This document shows, piece by piece, positions 37,415-47,547 of a stretch of 52,819 nt of DNA. The stretch is taken from contig PULU01000092.1 of NCBI GenBank assembly GCA_003551065.1, positions 1 to 52,819 on the forward strand, given 5' to 3'. Position numbers and translations under genes: made by a program. The notes beneath the pieces were generated by a model. It made no database searches. It saw only the letters and a program-made list of their open reading frames with translations, and was not told where the DNA came from. This DNA comes from Thermoplasmata archaeon. Its GTDB lineage: Archaea; Thermoplasmatota; Thermoplasmata; Halarchaeoplasmatales; Halarchaeoplasmataceae. Numbering within the stretch: the stretch's first letter is position 1; each line of letters begins with the position of its first letter.

Positions 37415-38284
37415 CTATAGAAGACCTGCTTTTTGAAGGGTCATGATATCTTCTGTGCCGAGTTTTTCTCCCTTTTTAAATTGCTCGTAGAGTTTTTCAG
37501 CTTCTTCCTTAGTATCCTCTTCTTCCTTACGTTTCTTTGCCATTCTCTGCTTTTTCTGTAGACCCGAGATGATCTTGTTGTAATCCTGTACTTCATTTAC
37601 GGCTTCTATGTGTTTTTGATGATAATCGTCTGCTTCGACTTTTGCCTCGACAAATTTGGCCTGAGCCTCATCGGCTTTTTCACGGATTTCATCTGCTTCG
37701 TTGAATATCTCTATCATCTTGTCGTGCTTGTTTTGTGCTTCCTCGGCCTTCTTAGATACTTCCTTGTGGTAATGTTCAGCCTTCTCTTTTGCTTCCTCTA
37801 AGTCTTCGGATAACTTTTTCAATTCTTCGTTCTCGTTCAAGAGTTTTTCTCTTTCCTTGACTTTTTCCCTTAATGAAGAGATCTCATCTATCATCTCTTT
37901 TTCTTTATCTGGTGATAGAACATTGGTCATCTGTTTATATTCGAGTTTTTCAATCTTCTTATTGAGCTCCTCGATAGAAGTGCCATCTTTAGGTAGTATC
38001 TCCCGTTTCTTTTTCTTCAAGTTACTGGATAGGTTTCTTACCTTTTTGTTCCATTCATTTCTTTTTTCCTTGGCTGTTTTAACATCTTTATTTAGTTTGT
38101 TTCTTTCTTCCTTCAACTCGTTACCCTCTTCTATGAGCTCTTTGACCTTAGAATTGAGTCCATCTCTATTTTGAACCCACTTCTTAGCCTCTTGGTTCAT
38201 CTCGTTTCTGAGACGCTTATATTTTTCAGCCTGGGAATTGGCCCTTTTTCTTTTTTCTTCCAATTCCTTTAGAAGTTCAGTCAT
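37415..38284 (-). CDS. Archaeal coiled-coil protein (COG1340-like)
   Basis: Heptad K/E-rich throughout; LEY.Q.T..L, A...H repeats, C-terminal FKKGEKL.TEDI..LQ. Confidence 0.85.
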   Translation of the reverse strand: MTELLKELEEKRKRANSQAEKYKRLRNEMNQEAKKWVQNRDGLNSKVKELIEEGNELKEERNKLNKDVKTAKEKRNEWNKKVRNLSSNLKKKKREILPKDGTSIEELNKKIEKLEYKQMTNVLSPDKEKEMIDEISSLREKVKEREKLLNENEELKKLSEDLEEAKEKAEHYHKEVSKKAEEAQNKHDKMIEIFNEADEIREKADEAQAKFVEAKVEADDYHQKHIEAVNEVQDYNKIISGLQKKQRMAKKRKEEEDTKEEAEKLYEQFKKGEKLGTEDIMTLQKAGLL

Positions 38285-38470
38285 GTTTTCAGCACTATCC
38301 AGTCATTTAATATTTGATGAGTCAATCTTATCAATATGTGACCCCTTTATAACACTTTCGGATTAATCCTTGAAACTTTGGGGGTAAACCCTATCCTTAT
38401 ACATTAAAACATCTGTATGGACACGCAAATGTAATATATTAGTTCTTTATTTTAGCCTATAACTGGTAAT

Positions 38471-39892
38471 ATGGCTGAAGAAAAATCTAACCTCGAGGAC
38501 GAACTTACATTCTCTATAAAAAATGCCTGGGAACAATCAGACGAAGAAGAATTGGATGACATAACTGAATTTGCAGAAAAATACAAGGAGTACATTACCG
38601 AGTCTAAAACAGAGAGAGAGATCATAGATAACACGGTAAAGTTATTGGAAAAGAATGGTTTTGTTTCTATACAAGAGTGTGATGAACTGGATCAAGGGGA
38701 TAAGATATATATCTTAAACAAAAACAAAGCCATCGCAGTTGCTGTCATAGGAAATAAGGAAGTTACAGAAGGTTGTCATATATTAGCAAGCCATATAGAT
38801 TCTCCAAGACTAGACCTTAAGGCTAGACCAATATATGAGGATAATGACGCCTCTCTTGCACTTTTTAACACACATTATTATGGAGGGATCAAGAAATACC
38901 AATGGGTGAGTACACCATTAGCTATCCACGGAAAAGTAGTCAAGGAAGACGGAGAAATTATAAACATATCTATAGGAGAGGACAAGGAAGACCCTGTATT
39001 TGCGGTCAGTGATCTTCTTCCGCACCTTTCGAAAAAGAAGCAATCAGAGAGGAAGATGAAGGATGTTATCAAAGGTGAAGAGTTGAATGTCATCTTAGGA
39101 GGAAAGCCCATAGACGACGATGATATCGATAAGAAGGTTAAGATCAATATTTTAAAGATATTGAACGATAACTACGGTATCAAAGAAGAAGATTTTACGA
39201 GTGCTGAGATCGAGATAGTTCCTTCAGGTCCTGCTAGAGATGTGGGTTTGGATAGGAGTATGGTTGGAGGATACGGTCATGATGATAGGGTATGTGCTTT
39301 TACGAGTTTGATGGCCTGTATAGACTTGGAACCTCAATCTAAAACTAGTTTAGTGTTTTTGTTTGATAAAGAGGAAATAGGCAGTGAAGGTAATACTAGT
39401 GCCAATTCTAGATTCACCGAATCGGTATTCCAACAGATATTAGCGAAATCAAAAGGGGATTATAGTATGGAAGATTATCGATTGACACTTGAAAACAGTA
39501 ACGCAATGTCTGGCGATGTAAATCCTGGAGTGAACCCCTCTTTCAAAGGTGTTCATGATCTAAGGAACGCTGGCAGGATGGGAAAAGGTATAGTTTTAAC
39601 CAAGTATACTGGTTCAGGTGGAAAGTTCATGGCCAACGATGCTCATGCAGAATATGTGGCATATATACGACGTATTTTGAATGAAAATGATATATGTTGG
39701 CAGACTGCTCAACTCGGCAAGGTCGATGAAGGTGGCGGTGGGACCGTTGCAAAATTCCTGGCCAATTTGAATATGGACATCATAGATGCAGGCCCACCAC
39801 TTTTAGGTATGCATTCACCTTTTGAGATAGTGTCCAAGGTGGATATCTATCACACATATAAGGCCTATAGAGCGTTCTTAGAAGCCGAATGA
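38471..39892 (+). CDS. M18-family aminopeptidase
   Basis: KTERE, HIDSPRLDLK, HYYGGIKKYQW, GHDDRVC, DKEEIGS, GGGTVA, MHSPFE. Confidence 0.93.
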   Translation: MAEEKSNLEDELTFSIKNAWEQSDEEELDDITEFAEKYKEYITESKTEREIIDNTVKLLEKNGFVSIQECDELDQGDKIYILNKNKAIAVAVIGNKEVTEGCHILASHIDSPRLDLKARPIYEDNDASLALFNTHYYGGIKKYQWVSTPLAIHGKVVKEDGEIINISIGEDKEDPVFAVSDLLPHLSKKKQSERKMKDVIKGEELNVILGGKPIDDDDIDKKVKINILKILNDNYGIKEEDFTSAEIEIVPSGPARDVGLDRSMVGGYGHDDRVCAFTSLMACIDLEPQSKTSLVFLFDKEEIGSEGNTSANSRFTESVFQQILAKSKGDYSMEDYRLTLENSNAMSGDVNPGVNPSFKGVHDLRNAGRMGKGIVLTKYTGSGGKFMANDAHAEYVAYIRRILNENDICWQTAQLGKVDEGGGGTVAKFLANLNMDIIDAGPPLLGMHSPFEIVSKVDIYHTYKAYRAFLEAE

Positions 39893-39898
39893 TAAAAC

Positions 39899-41827
39899 CT
39901 ATTTCTCTTCTTTTTCTAAAATCTTTACTCCCCCAGGCGGGAGTATCTTCTGAATCTCTTTTACAGGTACATTGTAGTATTTCCCCATCTCCTTTGCGAA
40001 TTCATTTTGATCCTTTGTCCCCGGGATAAAGATAACCCGTCTTCGGAACAGTTCATCATCTCTATTTTCAAGAGCGAAACTCGGGGCGCACATTATCTTT
40101 TTATTCTCCTCATAAGTTATCTCGGTCAATACCGCTTTTAGTGGTAGTTTATCGATATAATTCCTTTTACCTCTGATCACGAAAGCTCCGGTGGGTAAAG
40201 ACTCTCCAGCTTCAGCTGTTTTACTCACCTGACTAGGTTTTACCCAGTACGCTCTGCCTGATGCTATACCTCTTTTCCATTCTTTAGAATGGATCAAGGA
40301 ATACTGACATGCTTCGTTGAGCGATGCCTCTCCGATACCGTTGTCATTTTTTACCACTACACTCGGTGCACCTCCTGCATCGGCATGTGCATATCTTGTA
40401 TCATTTTCCATATATTTCTTAACGACTTCTTCATTGGTTTTAGTGTCTTTACCGGCTATGACCAGATTCTCCTCACTGGATATGAACCATTTGTAACGGT
40501 CGAACCAGAATTTCTCTGTAGGTTTTGTTGGTTCTTTTTGTAATTCTTCTTCTCTACCTTCCTCGATCTGCTTCTCCGTTTCTTTGATAGCTCTTTTAGC
40601 CCCAATTAATTTTTTCTTGGCTTTTTTACTTTTGTTGTAGTATTTTTGAGCATTCTCGTTCACATCTTTTCTAAAATCCAACTTGACATTTTTCTCGAGG
40701 TCTTCATCATCGATCTTACCCTTCAGTTTCACTACGATATATTCATCTTGGTCATTAACCTGTAAGACATCGTCTATCTCCCTCATCTTTTCAAATATCT
40801 CATCTCTTCTTCCTTCTTCTCTGGCACGATGTACAGCTTTTAGATATTCCTCGCATGCCTTGTAATTCTGATATATCATATCACCGATCTTCTTGTATTC
40901 ATCGATGTCTTTATCTAGATTTTCAACAGCCCTTTTCTGCTGGTCTAGCTTTCTTTCCAACTTCGAATCTTTCTTATCCTTTTCTTCCTTTGCTTCGTCG
41001 GGCTCAGGTATAGCTTCATCGAGTGCTTTGTTATATGAGTCCATCTTAGTTTGTTCGTACTCCTTATATATCCTAAGAGGGAAAGGGACTGCATCTATTT
41101 TGTTGTCTTCATCTTCGACAAGACATGGTGAGAGTTCATCCATATGTTTTATACGGCTATGAAAAATATTCAGTATTTGAAAAATATCTTCTGAATATTG
41201 AGTAAAATCATCTGTGTTCTTATCGACTCCAAGCCTTCTGCATATTTCCTCAGAGTACTTCCCTCCCAAATTAAGATCTACAGCTAATGTCCTAACTAGA
41301 TCCTGTTCAGAATCTTCCAATATCTGAATCAGCTCGCTTTCATTTATCATGAACGGGTTCAATCTGTGAGGGGGGAACCTGTAGAGTTCGCCCTTTTTCA
41401 ATTCCCTATGACTCCACGATTCGGACCTATAAGGTAAAAGTATCCTATCCTCACCTTCCAATATAAGATTCCCTTTACCGAATACCTCGAATATCAGTCT
41501 AGCACTTTTCTCCCTTTGTAGATCTATGACCACAACCCTATCGAACTCGTGTTGATATACATCGGAAATTATTGAATTGCTTAGGTATTTTCTCATGAGC
41601 ATGGTATAGTCCCCGGGATGCATTGGATTCTCTCTATCTCTTTGGCTTAAATAGAGAGCTTTACCCACCCTGAATATCAACATTTTTTTTCCGATGCCAG
41701 GAACATGGATACGAAAAGATATCTCCTCTTTATTAGGCTTGTATACTTTCTGGATATAACCTCCGACCAGGTCCTTTAATTCACTTACTACTGCCGATAT
41801 CTCTAGAGACTCCATCTTATCTTTCAT
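39899..41827 (-). CDS. rqcH: Ribosome quality-control factor RqcH/NEMF homolog (NFACT)
   Basis: LMRKYL, QHEFDRVV, EVFGKGN, coiled coil, ENAQKYY...KK, WFDRYKWF.S, GKD...NE, QVSKT...GE.L..GAF.IRG.RNY. Confidence 0.92.
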   Translation of the reverse strand: MKDKMESLEISAVVSELKDLVGGYIQKVYKPNKEEISFRIHVPGIGKKMLIFRVGKALYLSQRDRENPMHPGDYTMLMRKYLSNSIISDVYQHEFDRVVVIDLQREKSARLIFEVFGKGNLILEGEDRILLPYRSESWSHRELKKGELYRFPPHRLNPFMINESELIQILEDSEQDLVRTLAVDLNLGGKYSEEICRRLGVDKNTDDFTQYSEDIFQILNIFHSRIKHMDELSPCLVEDEDNKIDAVPFPLRIYKEYEQTKMDSYNKALDEAIPEPDEAKEEKDKKDSKLERKLDQQKRAVENLDKDIDEYKKIGDMIYQNYKACEEYLKAVHRAREEGRRDEIFEKMREIDDVLQVNDQDEYIVVKLKGKIDDEDLEKNVKLDFRKDVNENAQKYYNKSKKAKKKLIGAKRAIKETEKQIEEGREEELQKEPTKPTEKFWFDRYKWFISSEENLVIAGKDTKTNEEVVKKYMENDTRYAHADAGGAPSVVVKNDNGIGEASLNEACQYSLIHSKEWKRGIASGRAYWVKPSQVSKTAEAGESLPTGAFVIRGKRNYIDKLPLKAVLTEITYEENKKIMCAPSFALENRDDELFRRRVIFIPGTKDQNEFAKEMGKYYNVPVKEIQKILPPGGVKILEKEEK

Positions 41828-41958
41828 ATGGTTGAAAATCGAGCCTTAGTGTTTAAATATTTTTGCTTGGAAAAGAATTTTCCTTAGAGATACTATGATG
41901 TCTGAGATTACACAAATATTAAATCAACCTTTTTTCATCTATCTTTAGGAGGATTATA

Positions 41959-42597
41959 ATGAGGATAAGATGGCATGGACATTCGTGTTTCGAAATAGAA
42001 AATGAAAAGGTAGTTGTAACTGACCCTCATGATGGAAAGAGCATCGGTATCAGGTCACCAAATGTGAAAGGTGATATAGTTCTGGTCAGTCATGATCATT
42101 TTGACCATAATGCTGTGAGGCTAGTTGAAAAAGGTGAAACTAAAGTGATCAGGGAGCCTGGTGAACACCAAATAAACGAAATAGAAATCAGGGGAATCAA
42201 AACCTACCATGATGAGAAAGATGGAAAAAAAAGAGGAGAAAATATAGTTTATATTTTTGAAACAGATGGATTATCCTTCTGCCATCTAGGTGATCTAGGT
42301 CACGAACTGTCTGGTGATCTTATGGAAAAAATAAAACCTATTGATTTTCTTTTCATCCCCGTAGGTGGTACTTTCACCGTCGGACCTGTGGAGGCCGCCA
42401 ACATCGTTGATGAGATCGAACCAGCTATAGCGGTACCTATGCATTTCAAGGTTGGGGGTCTTTCTTTAGATATCAAAAATGTTCAACCCTTTTTAGATAA
42501 ATATCCCGATGAAAAAATCCACAAAGTCGGCGTTGAACTTGACTTTTTGAAAACAGATCTTCCTGAAGAAACAGAGGTTTGGGTTTTTTCATTATGA
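41959..42597 (+). CDS. MBL-fold metal-dependent hydrolase
   Basis: W.GHSCF, TDP, SHDHFDH, HLGDLG, PVGG, PMHF. Confidence 0.9.
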   Translation: MRIRWHGHSCFEIENEKVVVTDPHDGKSIGIRSPNVKGDIVLVSHDHFDHNAVRLVEKGETKVIREPGEHQINEIEIRGIKTYHDEKDGKKRGENIVYIFETDGLSFCHLGDLGHELSGDLMEKIKPIDFLFIPVGGTFTVGPVEAANIVDEIEPAIAVPMHFKVGGLSLDIKNVQPFLDKYPDEKIHKVGVELDFLKTDLPEETEVWVFSL

Positions 42598-42600
42598 CGA

Positions 42601-43251
42601 TCAGTCTAGATAACCCAATCCTTCTTCTATCCTACCCATCTCTATCGGAGTAGTTCGGTCACCGATGACGGCTCCCTTCGTGTTAGCTATCAAGCACGTA
42701 CCTATCCAGGCTGAGCCATGATTGGCCGTGGTCTTCATAACCGGAACGTCGAACAATTCCTCCATCATCTTTTTCTCGTCATCTTTCACATGGGGATGAC
42801 AGAGTAAACCTTTATTGGTAGCCACTGCCACCGATCCTACCATCTCTATTCCAGCGATTTTCCCTCTCTTCACAGGTACTTCCAAAAATGATTTCAAGGC
42901 ATCTTCGGTTTTTTTATGAAGTTTAGGATGTATCAAAGCCCCGTAATCATTGATCAATATATTATTTCCCAGAGCGTTGAATCGGTCAGGGACTAGAGTA
43001 ACATCCTTATGATCTAAAATAGGTTCTATCTCTCTTCTCTCTGCTATATCAGAAACGAGTATCCCGTTAGTATTAGCTGCCATCAAGGAACCCAGGACTC
43101 TAGTTCCTCCTACAGTTGTTCTAACGACAGGGGTCTCCATGGCTTCTTCGAAAACCTCTTCCTCTACTAAAGGGATTATAGATAAGTCTTCAGTTGCTAT
43201 GGAGAAAACACCGATGTACGGTTTTTGATCGATAGAATGTTTTTTTAGCAT
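42601..43251 (-). CDS. eif6: Translation initiation factor 6 (aIF6)
   Basis: PYIGVF, GN.IL.ND.GAL.HP, VGS.AVATNKG.L.HP, AN.KGA..G..TT..E..RIE. Confidence 0.95.
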   Translation of the reverse strand: MLKKHSIDQKPYIGVFSIATEDLSIIPLVEEEVFEEAMETPVVRTTVGGTRVLGSLMAANTNGILVSDIAERREIEPILDHKDVTLVPDRFNALGNNILINDYGALIHPKLHKKTEDALKSFLEVPVKRGKIAGIEMVGSVAVATNKGLLCHPHVKDDEKKMMEELFDVPVMKTTANHGSAWIGTCLIANTKGAVIGDRTTPIEMGRIEEGLGYLD

Positions 43252-43254
43252 AGA

Positions 43255-43521
43255 TTATTCTCTCGGAACGGAGACCTCTACTATGCCATCTTCGAATTTT
43301 ATCGCACGGACTTTAATCTTCGATGGAGGTTTCTTGATGCCCTTTTTCCAGATCTCCTCATTTGTACTGGAATCTATCCAAACATCTTCCGAAGGAACAT
43401 TCATATGATTTGAAACGAAGTCTCTTACACGTTTCATAGCCAAAGAAGCACGTTTGCTGGCTGGAGATTTTTTGATCTCATTTAAAGGGATATTCATTAT
43501 TCTTTCTTCTTGGTCAACCAT
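43255..43521 (-). CDS. rpl31e: 50S ribosomal protein eL31
   Basis: ERI..IPL, KRA..A...R.F...HM, NE.IW.KGI.KPP.KI.V. Confidence 0.96.
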   Translation of the reverse strand: MVDQEERIMNIPLNEIKKSPASKRASLAMKRVRDFVSNHMNVPSEDVWIDSSTNEEIWKKGIKKPPSKIKVRAIKFEDGIVEVSVPRE

Positions 43522-43535
43522 ATCCTCACCTGATA

Positions 43536-43691
43536 TTATTCGTCAAGATCATCCCTGCGCCAATTCCTTGATTTGGGGTGTCGAGTGAACCTTCTGTTTG
43601 TCCTCTGCATCACCCATGCAGGTACCCTTTTGTTCTCTTTACCTTTTTTGAGTAATCTCCTTTTTTTTGGTCCTGGTTTATTACTTGACAT
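43536..43691 (-). CDS. rpl39e: 50S ribosomal protein eL39, 51 aa, absent from ORF track
   Basis: Hand translation [51 protein letters not shown]. Confidence 0.96.
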   Translation of the reverse strand: MSSNKPGPKKRRLLKKGKENKRVPAWVMQRTNRRFTRHPKSRNWRRDDLDE

Positions 43692-43694
43692 AGT

Positions 43695-44024
43695 TTATCT
43701 CCTTTTAATATTGATATCTTTCTTATTGCCTGTTATCTTTTTAAGTAGGTCCTTTAAAGTTTTATCGGTGATCCTATCTTGGATAGCCCCTCGTTGAGCG
43801 AGCATTATTATTTGGGATTCGATATTTTCTGCGATTTCAGGTCTAGCTATCCTTACCCTGCCTAGTCTCTCCCTTGCTTCAGGAGTCATCACCTGCCGGA
43901 GCAGGGCTTTCTTTTGAGCTTCGAACCGTTCTTCTGAATCTTCCTGTTCCTCTGCAGCTTCCCTTTGTTCTTTTAGCTGCTGTAGCTTTTGCTTTTTGAT
44001 CTTCTCTAACTCATCTTCATCCAT
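43695..44024 (-). CDS. PDCD5-like dsDNA-binding protein
   Basis: ELE.I....L.QL, LLRQ..TPEARERL......RPE.A..IE..II.LAQ.G, I.IKRR. Confidence 0.93.
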   Translation of the reverse strand: MDEDELEKIKKQKLQQLKEQREAAEEQEDSEERFEAQKKALLRQVMTPEARERLGRVRIARPEIAENIESQIIMLAQRGAIQDRITDKTLKDLLKKITGNKKDINIKRR

Positions 44025-44037
44025 ATTTATCTAGCCT

Positions 44038-44490
44038 TCAGAGATACTTAGTCAATTCAGGCTCATCTTCAGCCATCTTTTTCAATATCTCATACGCGGA
44101 ATTGTCTAATAAAGACTGTCCCTCAGATGTGATAACTCTACCTTCTTTTTCCTTTTTGATGAGTCCTTCTTTTTCTAGCTGCTGAAGAGCGGTTCTGACG
44201 ATGGCCCCCGATCCTTTAGCGGCTCTACTCGGTTTCGATCCTCTCTCCTGTTTTCCACCATATTTACCCCTCAATTTGGATATACCGACAGGTCCTTGGA
44301 TATATACACTCCTCAAGATGGCCGACGTTCTTTTATACCACCAATCGTCCTCTAAAGGAGCTTTCTCCTTATGGATCCCTGTCTTCACATAGGGTGACCA
44401 GTCAGGACTCTTTATACTATCCATATCCTTCAGCTTTTTGCTTATATCCTCTATCAATTTGTTCGGAGGGACTTCGTATACTGTGACCAT
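44038..44490 (-). CDS. rps19e: 30S ribosomal protein eS19
   Basis: TVYEVP, P.W...VKTG..KE, WWY.R..AILR, GSG.I.R..LQQLE. Confidence 0.97.
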   Translation of the reverse strand: MVTVYEVPPNKLIEDISKKLKDMDSIKSPDWSPYVKTGIHKEKAPLEDDWWYKRTSAILRSVYIQGPVGISKLRGKYGGKQERGSKPSRAAKGSGAIVRTALQQLEKEGLIKKEKEGRVITSEGQSLLDNSAYEILKKMAEDEPELTKYL

Positions 44491-44574
44491 GATATATTAC
44501 TCTCCAGTGAACTCAATATTAGACCTTATTTAAAGGTTGTTATTAAATATTTCCCACGGTACGACGACATCGGA

Positions 44575-45522
44575 CTACTCATTATCGTAAATTTCACCGT
44601 TCATCCTAGGCAGTAGAGCCTCTGTAAGGGCAGACTTGATATAACCTTTTTTTCCCTCGTTTCCACCGGTTATCAAACATATGGGGTCTAGTTCATCTCT
44701 CTCCTCTCCTATAACAACGTTCAGAGAATCTAATGTATGTATATTCTCTCCAGATTCCATCCATCTTCTTGGCACGCGTATACCTGGACTGTGGCCATGA
44801 GAGATGTATCCCGAGGTATCTTTTATCACTGCATGTTCGAACACTAATAGTTCTTCACCTAATTCAAAACTACCTGGTATTATGGCGATGCCGTATTCGA
44901 ATCCTTTCGGGACTTCTACTATTCTTTCTCCCCTTTCATTTATCTCAGTTCCATCATTATTTAGATCATTCTTATCGATTGGTTTCGTTTCGAATTCACA
45001 TTCAAAAAAATTTGAAAGTGTATCTATAGCGACATCGAAGGCATCGTCGTCCAAGCACTTTAGATATACCTTCACAGGCGTTAATCTATCTCCGTATTCG
45101 TTGATATCTCCATCTCGTATCCTGGTAGAGCTTATCCGTAGAAAATCCTCAGCTACCACCGGTTTTACCTCTATGATATCCAAAGGATCCTTACCCTTTT
45201 CTTTCCTTTTCTCGTTGATCTTTTCTCCTCTTTTTCTCGTTTCTGAAGACACCACCAGTTTATCGTAATCTCCTTCTACAGCTTTCTCGTATGGGTCCGA
45301 TATCTCTACGATCTTCCAATCTTCTTTATCCGCTAGATAATTTTCTAGATCGAGTTTCCGTTCTTTAAAACTCCTTTTCACCTCGGGCTTCCAATCCTTC
45401 AGCATCTCATCGGATACCAGACCGATGGTAACCTCCCCTTCCTCGAAAGCTCTGTCGATGAGTTTCATATGTCCCAGGTGTAGTTTATCGAAAGTCCCTC
45501 CGAGTATAACCTTATTTTTCAT
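44575..45522 (-). CDS. coaD: Phosphopantetheine adenylyltransferase fused to a degenerate YjjX-like ITP/XTPase domain
   Basis: GGTFDKLHLGH, LVVS.ET, IN..R...G..PL, ISSTRIR.G.I; C-terminal half keeps G.S.G...P and AL.PR of the YjjX fold. Confidence 0.85.
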   Translation of the reverse strand: MKNKVILGGTFDKLHLGHMKLIDRAFEEGEVTIGLVSDEMLKDWKPEVKRSFKERKLDLENYLADKEDWKIVEISDPYEKAVEGDYDKLVVSSETRKRGEKINEKRKEKGKDPLDIIEVKPVVAEDFLRISSTRIRDGDINEYGDRLTPVKVYLKCLDDDAFDVAIDTLSNFFECEFETKPIDKNDLNNDGTEINERGERIVEVPKGFEYGIAIIPGSFELGEELLVFEHAVIKDTSGYISHGHSPGIRVPRRWMESGENIHTLDSLNVVIGEERDELDPICLITGGNEGKKGYIKSALTEALLPRMNGEIYDNE

Positions 45523-45523
45523 A

Positions 45524-45712
45524 TTACCATATCCCGGATATCTGTAAAAACATCAATGCAAGCAGAACTGCTAATAGGACATAGAAGATGTAAGTCCTTT
45601 TTTTCCTTTTTTGGAGATACTCATCATATTCTTCTCGGCATTTCTCGGAGCAGAATTTTTTATCCAAGGGCACAGGTTTGCTGCACACTTGACAATGGGT
45701 ATGTGGTTCCAT
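45524..45712 (-). CDS. DUF2116-like Zn-ribbon membrane protein
   Basis: PH.HC.VC.KP.P....FCS..C followed by basic patch and one TM helix. Confidence 0.88.
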   Translation of the reverse strand: MEPHTHCQVCSKPVPLDKKFCSEKCREEYDEYLQKRKKRTYIFYVLLAVLLALMFLQISGIW

Positions 45713-45751
45713 GGTAAGGAAATAAGCATCAGGGTTTTAATCATTTTCCCT

Positions 45752-47413
45752 TCATCTATGTCCGTAGGCAGCGGTCCAAGGATCATCATCCAGTATCCTT
45801 ACGAAACCATATCTTTCGAACTGTATTATATCTCCCATCTCTACCTCTTCGATATTCTTCTCCACTATCCCTTCATCAAAACTCCCGTCAGGCATCTCTA
45901 CTGAACAATCTTCACCGTCCGGTAGCCACTGTATCTTCAGAATGTCTTTGTTTTCTAGATCCGTGATATGTGCTTTTTTTTCCTCAAGTTCGATGTTGAA
46001 GAGATTCTTCAGTCTGACTTCTTTTCCTTCGTTCTCTTCCCAGTCCTTCTTTGATATGTACAATCTATCACTTATACCGATCTCTCTGTTACCCCTTTCA
46101 GGGAAATCTGGATGCCTGGGGATCTCTGAGGTCTGTAATGGTGCCTCTCCGATGAGCTCTATGCAGACAGGGTCCTTCACGAAAAAATATCTGTTAGCTT
46201 TTTCGTCAATCAACTCCCTGTTTTTTGCGTACAGTTTGGATGCAGGGACTTCTATATCTGTTTTGGATAATCCAAAATCCAAGATGAACTCTCTCAGCGC
46301 ATCTGGTTCAATACCTCTTCTTTCTAGTGACTGCATAGACCACGTCCTGGGATCGTCCCATCCTCTGAGTTGATCGTTTTTGATCTGCTGCTGGAACTCG
46401 CTCTTACTCAACTTTATATCTTTCAACCTGAGCATCCCATAGTGTAGGAACTCACAGTCTTCCCAACCGAAAAGATTCCAGATGTATTCTTCCATCTTGT
46501 CTTCCATGACCAGGTCTTTTCCCCGCAATATATGTGTCATTCCTAAAAGATGATCATCTATGGCCCATGAGAATTCTAAGAGAGGCCAAACGTGATATTT
46601 ATCCCCGACTTTTGGATGTTCATTATGGGATACACGGAACAGGACCCTATCCCTGAAAGCCGGGTCTGGGTACTGCATGTCTGTTTTCAATCTGACAGTC
46701 ACTTCTCCTTCCTTGAACTCTCCTTCAAGCATCTTTTCCCACTCTTCGAGGTTCTTTTCGATACTCCTCTCTCTGTGTTCGCAACCCACGCCCTTTTCCC
46801 GATTTTTTCTCAAGCTTTCAGCATCACATTCACATACGTAGGCTTCACCCATCTCTATTATCTTTTCACCGTATTCGTAATAGATCTCCATCCTCTCTGA
46901 TTTATAATAGTTTTCATGCCACTCCACATCCAGCCATTCAAGCCCTTCCTTTATAAGATCATAGGCTTCGAGGAGAGGTTTCTTTTTTTCTGATCCGATG
47001 GTATCATCATAAAAGAGCACGAGTTTACCATCGTACCTCTTCACGTACTCGTCGTTGAGTATGACCATCCTTGAGTTCCCAATGTGCAGGGGACCGCTGG
47101 GATAAGGGGCCATCCTCATGACTACGTCATCTGCATCGAGTTCTGGTAAGGTATCTTCTTCTTGTTTCTCCTTCTCTTCAAAAAACTCAGGCATCAATCC
47201 TTTCAGTTCTTTTTTCTGTTCTTCGAGAGAGAGTTGATTCACCTGTTGTATAGTTTTCATTATCAGATCCTTGGTGCCATCGGGATCCTCTCTACATTCT
47301 TCTGACTCCCCCATAACCTTCCCCATAACCGGACCTAAATTTGCTTCTCCATCGAACTTGACAGCGTTTCTGAGTGCGTATCTTTTGATGAGTTCTTCCC
47401 TTTCATCAGACAT
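45752..47413 (-). CDS. gltX: Glutamate--tRNA ligase (archaeal type)
   Basis: AL.NA....G.A, RMAPYPSGPLHIG, AYVC.C, DDHLLG.THILRGKD, LSKS, QFERYGF. Confidence 0.96.
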   Translation of the reverse strand: MSDEREELIKRYALRNAVKFDGEANLGPVMGKVMGESEECREDPDGTKDLIMKTIQQVNQLSLEEQKKELKGLMPEFFEEKEKQEEDTLPELDADDVVMRMAPYPSGPLHIGNSRMVILNDEYVKRYDGKLVLFYDDTIGSEKKKPLLEAYDLIKEGLEWLDVEWHENYYKSERMEIYYEYGEKIIEMGEAYVCECDAESLRKNREKGVGCEHRERSIEKNLEEWEKMLEGEFKEGEVTVRLKTDMQYPDPAFRDRVLFRVSHNEHPKVGDKYHVWPLLEFSWAIDDHLLGMTHILRGKDLVMEDKMEEYIWNLFGWEDCEFLHYGMLRLKDIKLSKSEFQQQIKNDQLRGWDDPRTWSMQSLERRGIEPDALREFILDFGLSKTDIEVPASKLYAKNRELIDEKANRYFFVKDPVCIELIGEAPLQTSEIPRHPDFPERGNREIGISDRLYISKKDWEENEGKEVRLKNLFNIELEEKKAHITDLENKDILKIQWLPDGEDCSVEMPDGSFDEGIVEKNIEEVEMGDIIQFERYGFVRILDDDPWTAAYGHR

Positions 47414-47547
47414 GTTTAGATGTTACATGTCGTATGATATATGGGTTTTTGCCTTAGGAGTTTGTTTTAGATATATTGAATTTTCATTGAAAGAGAAGAT
47501 ATAGTAGTATGACAACCTCTAGATGATTTTACTCCTTCGATAGATCT

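Noticed and set aside
38367-38385. ORB-like motif TCCTTGAAACTTTGGGGGT (replication origin box with G-string)
   Set aside because: Single copy, imperfect 5' half, no inverted partner around an unwinding element and no cdc6/orc1 in the window.
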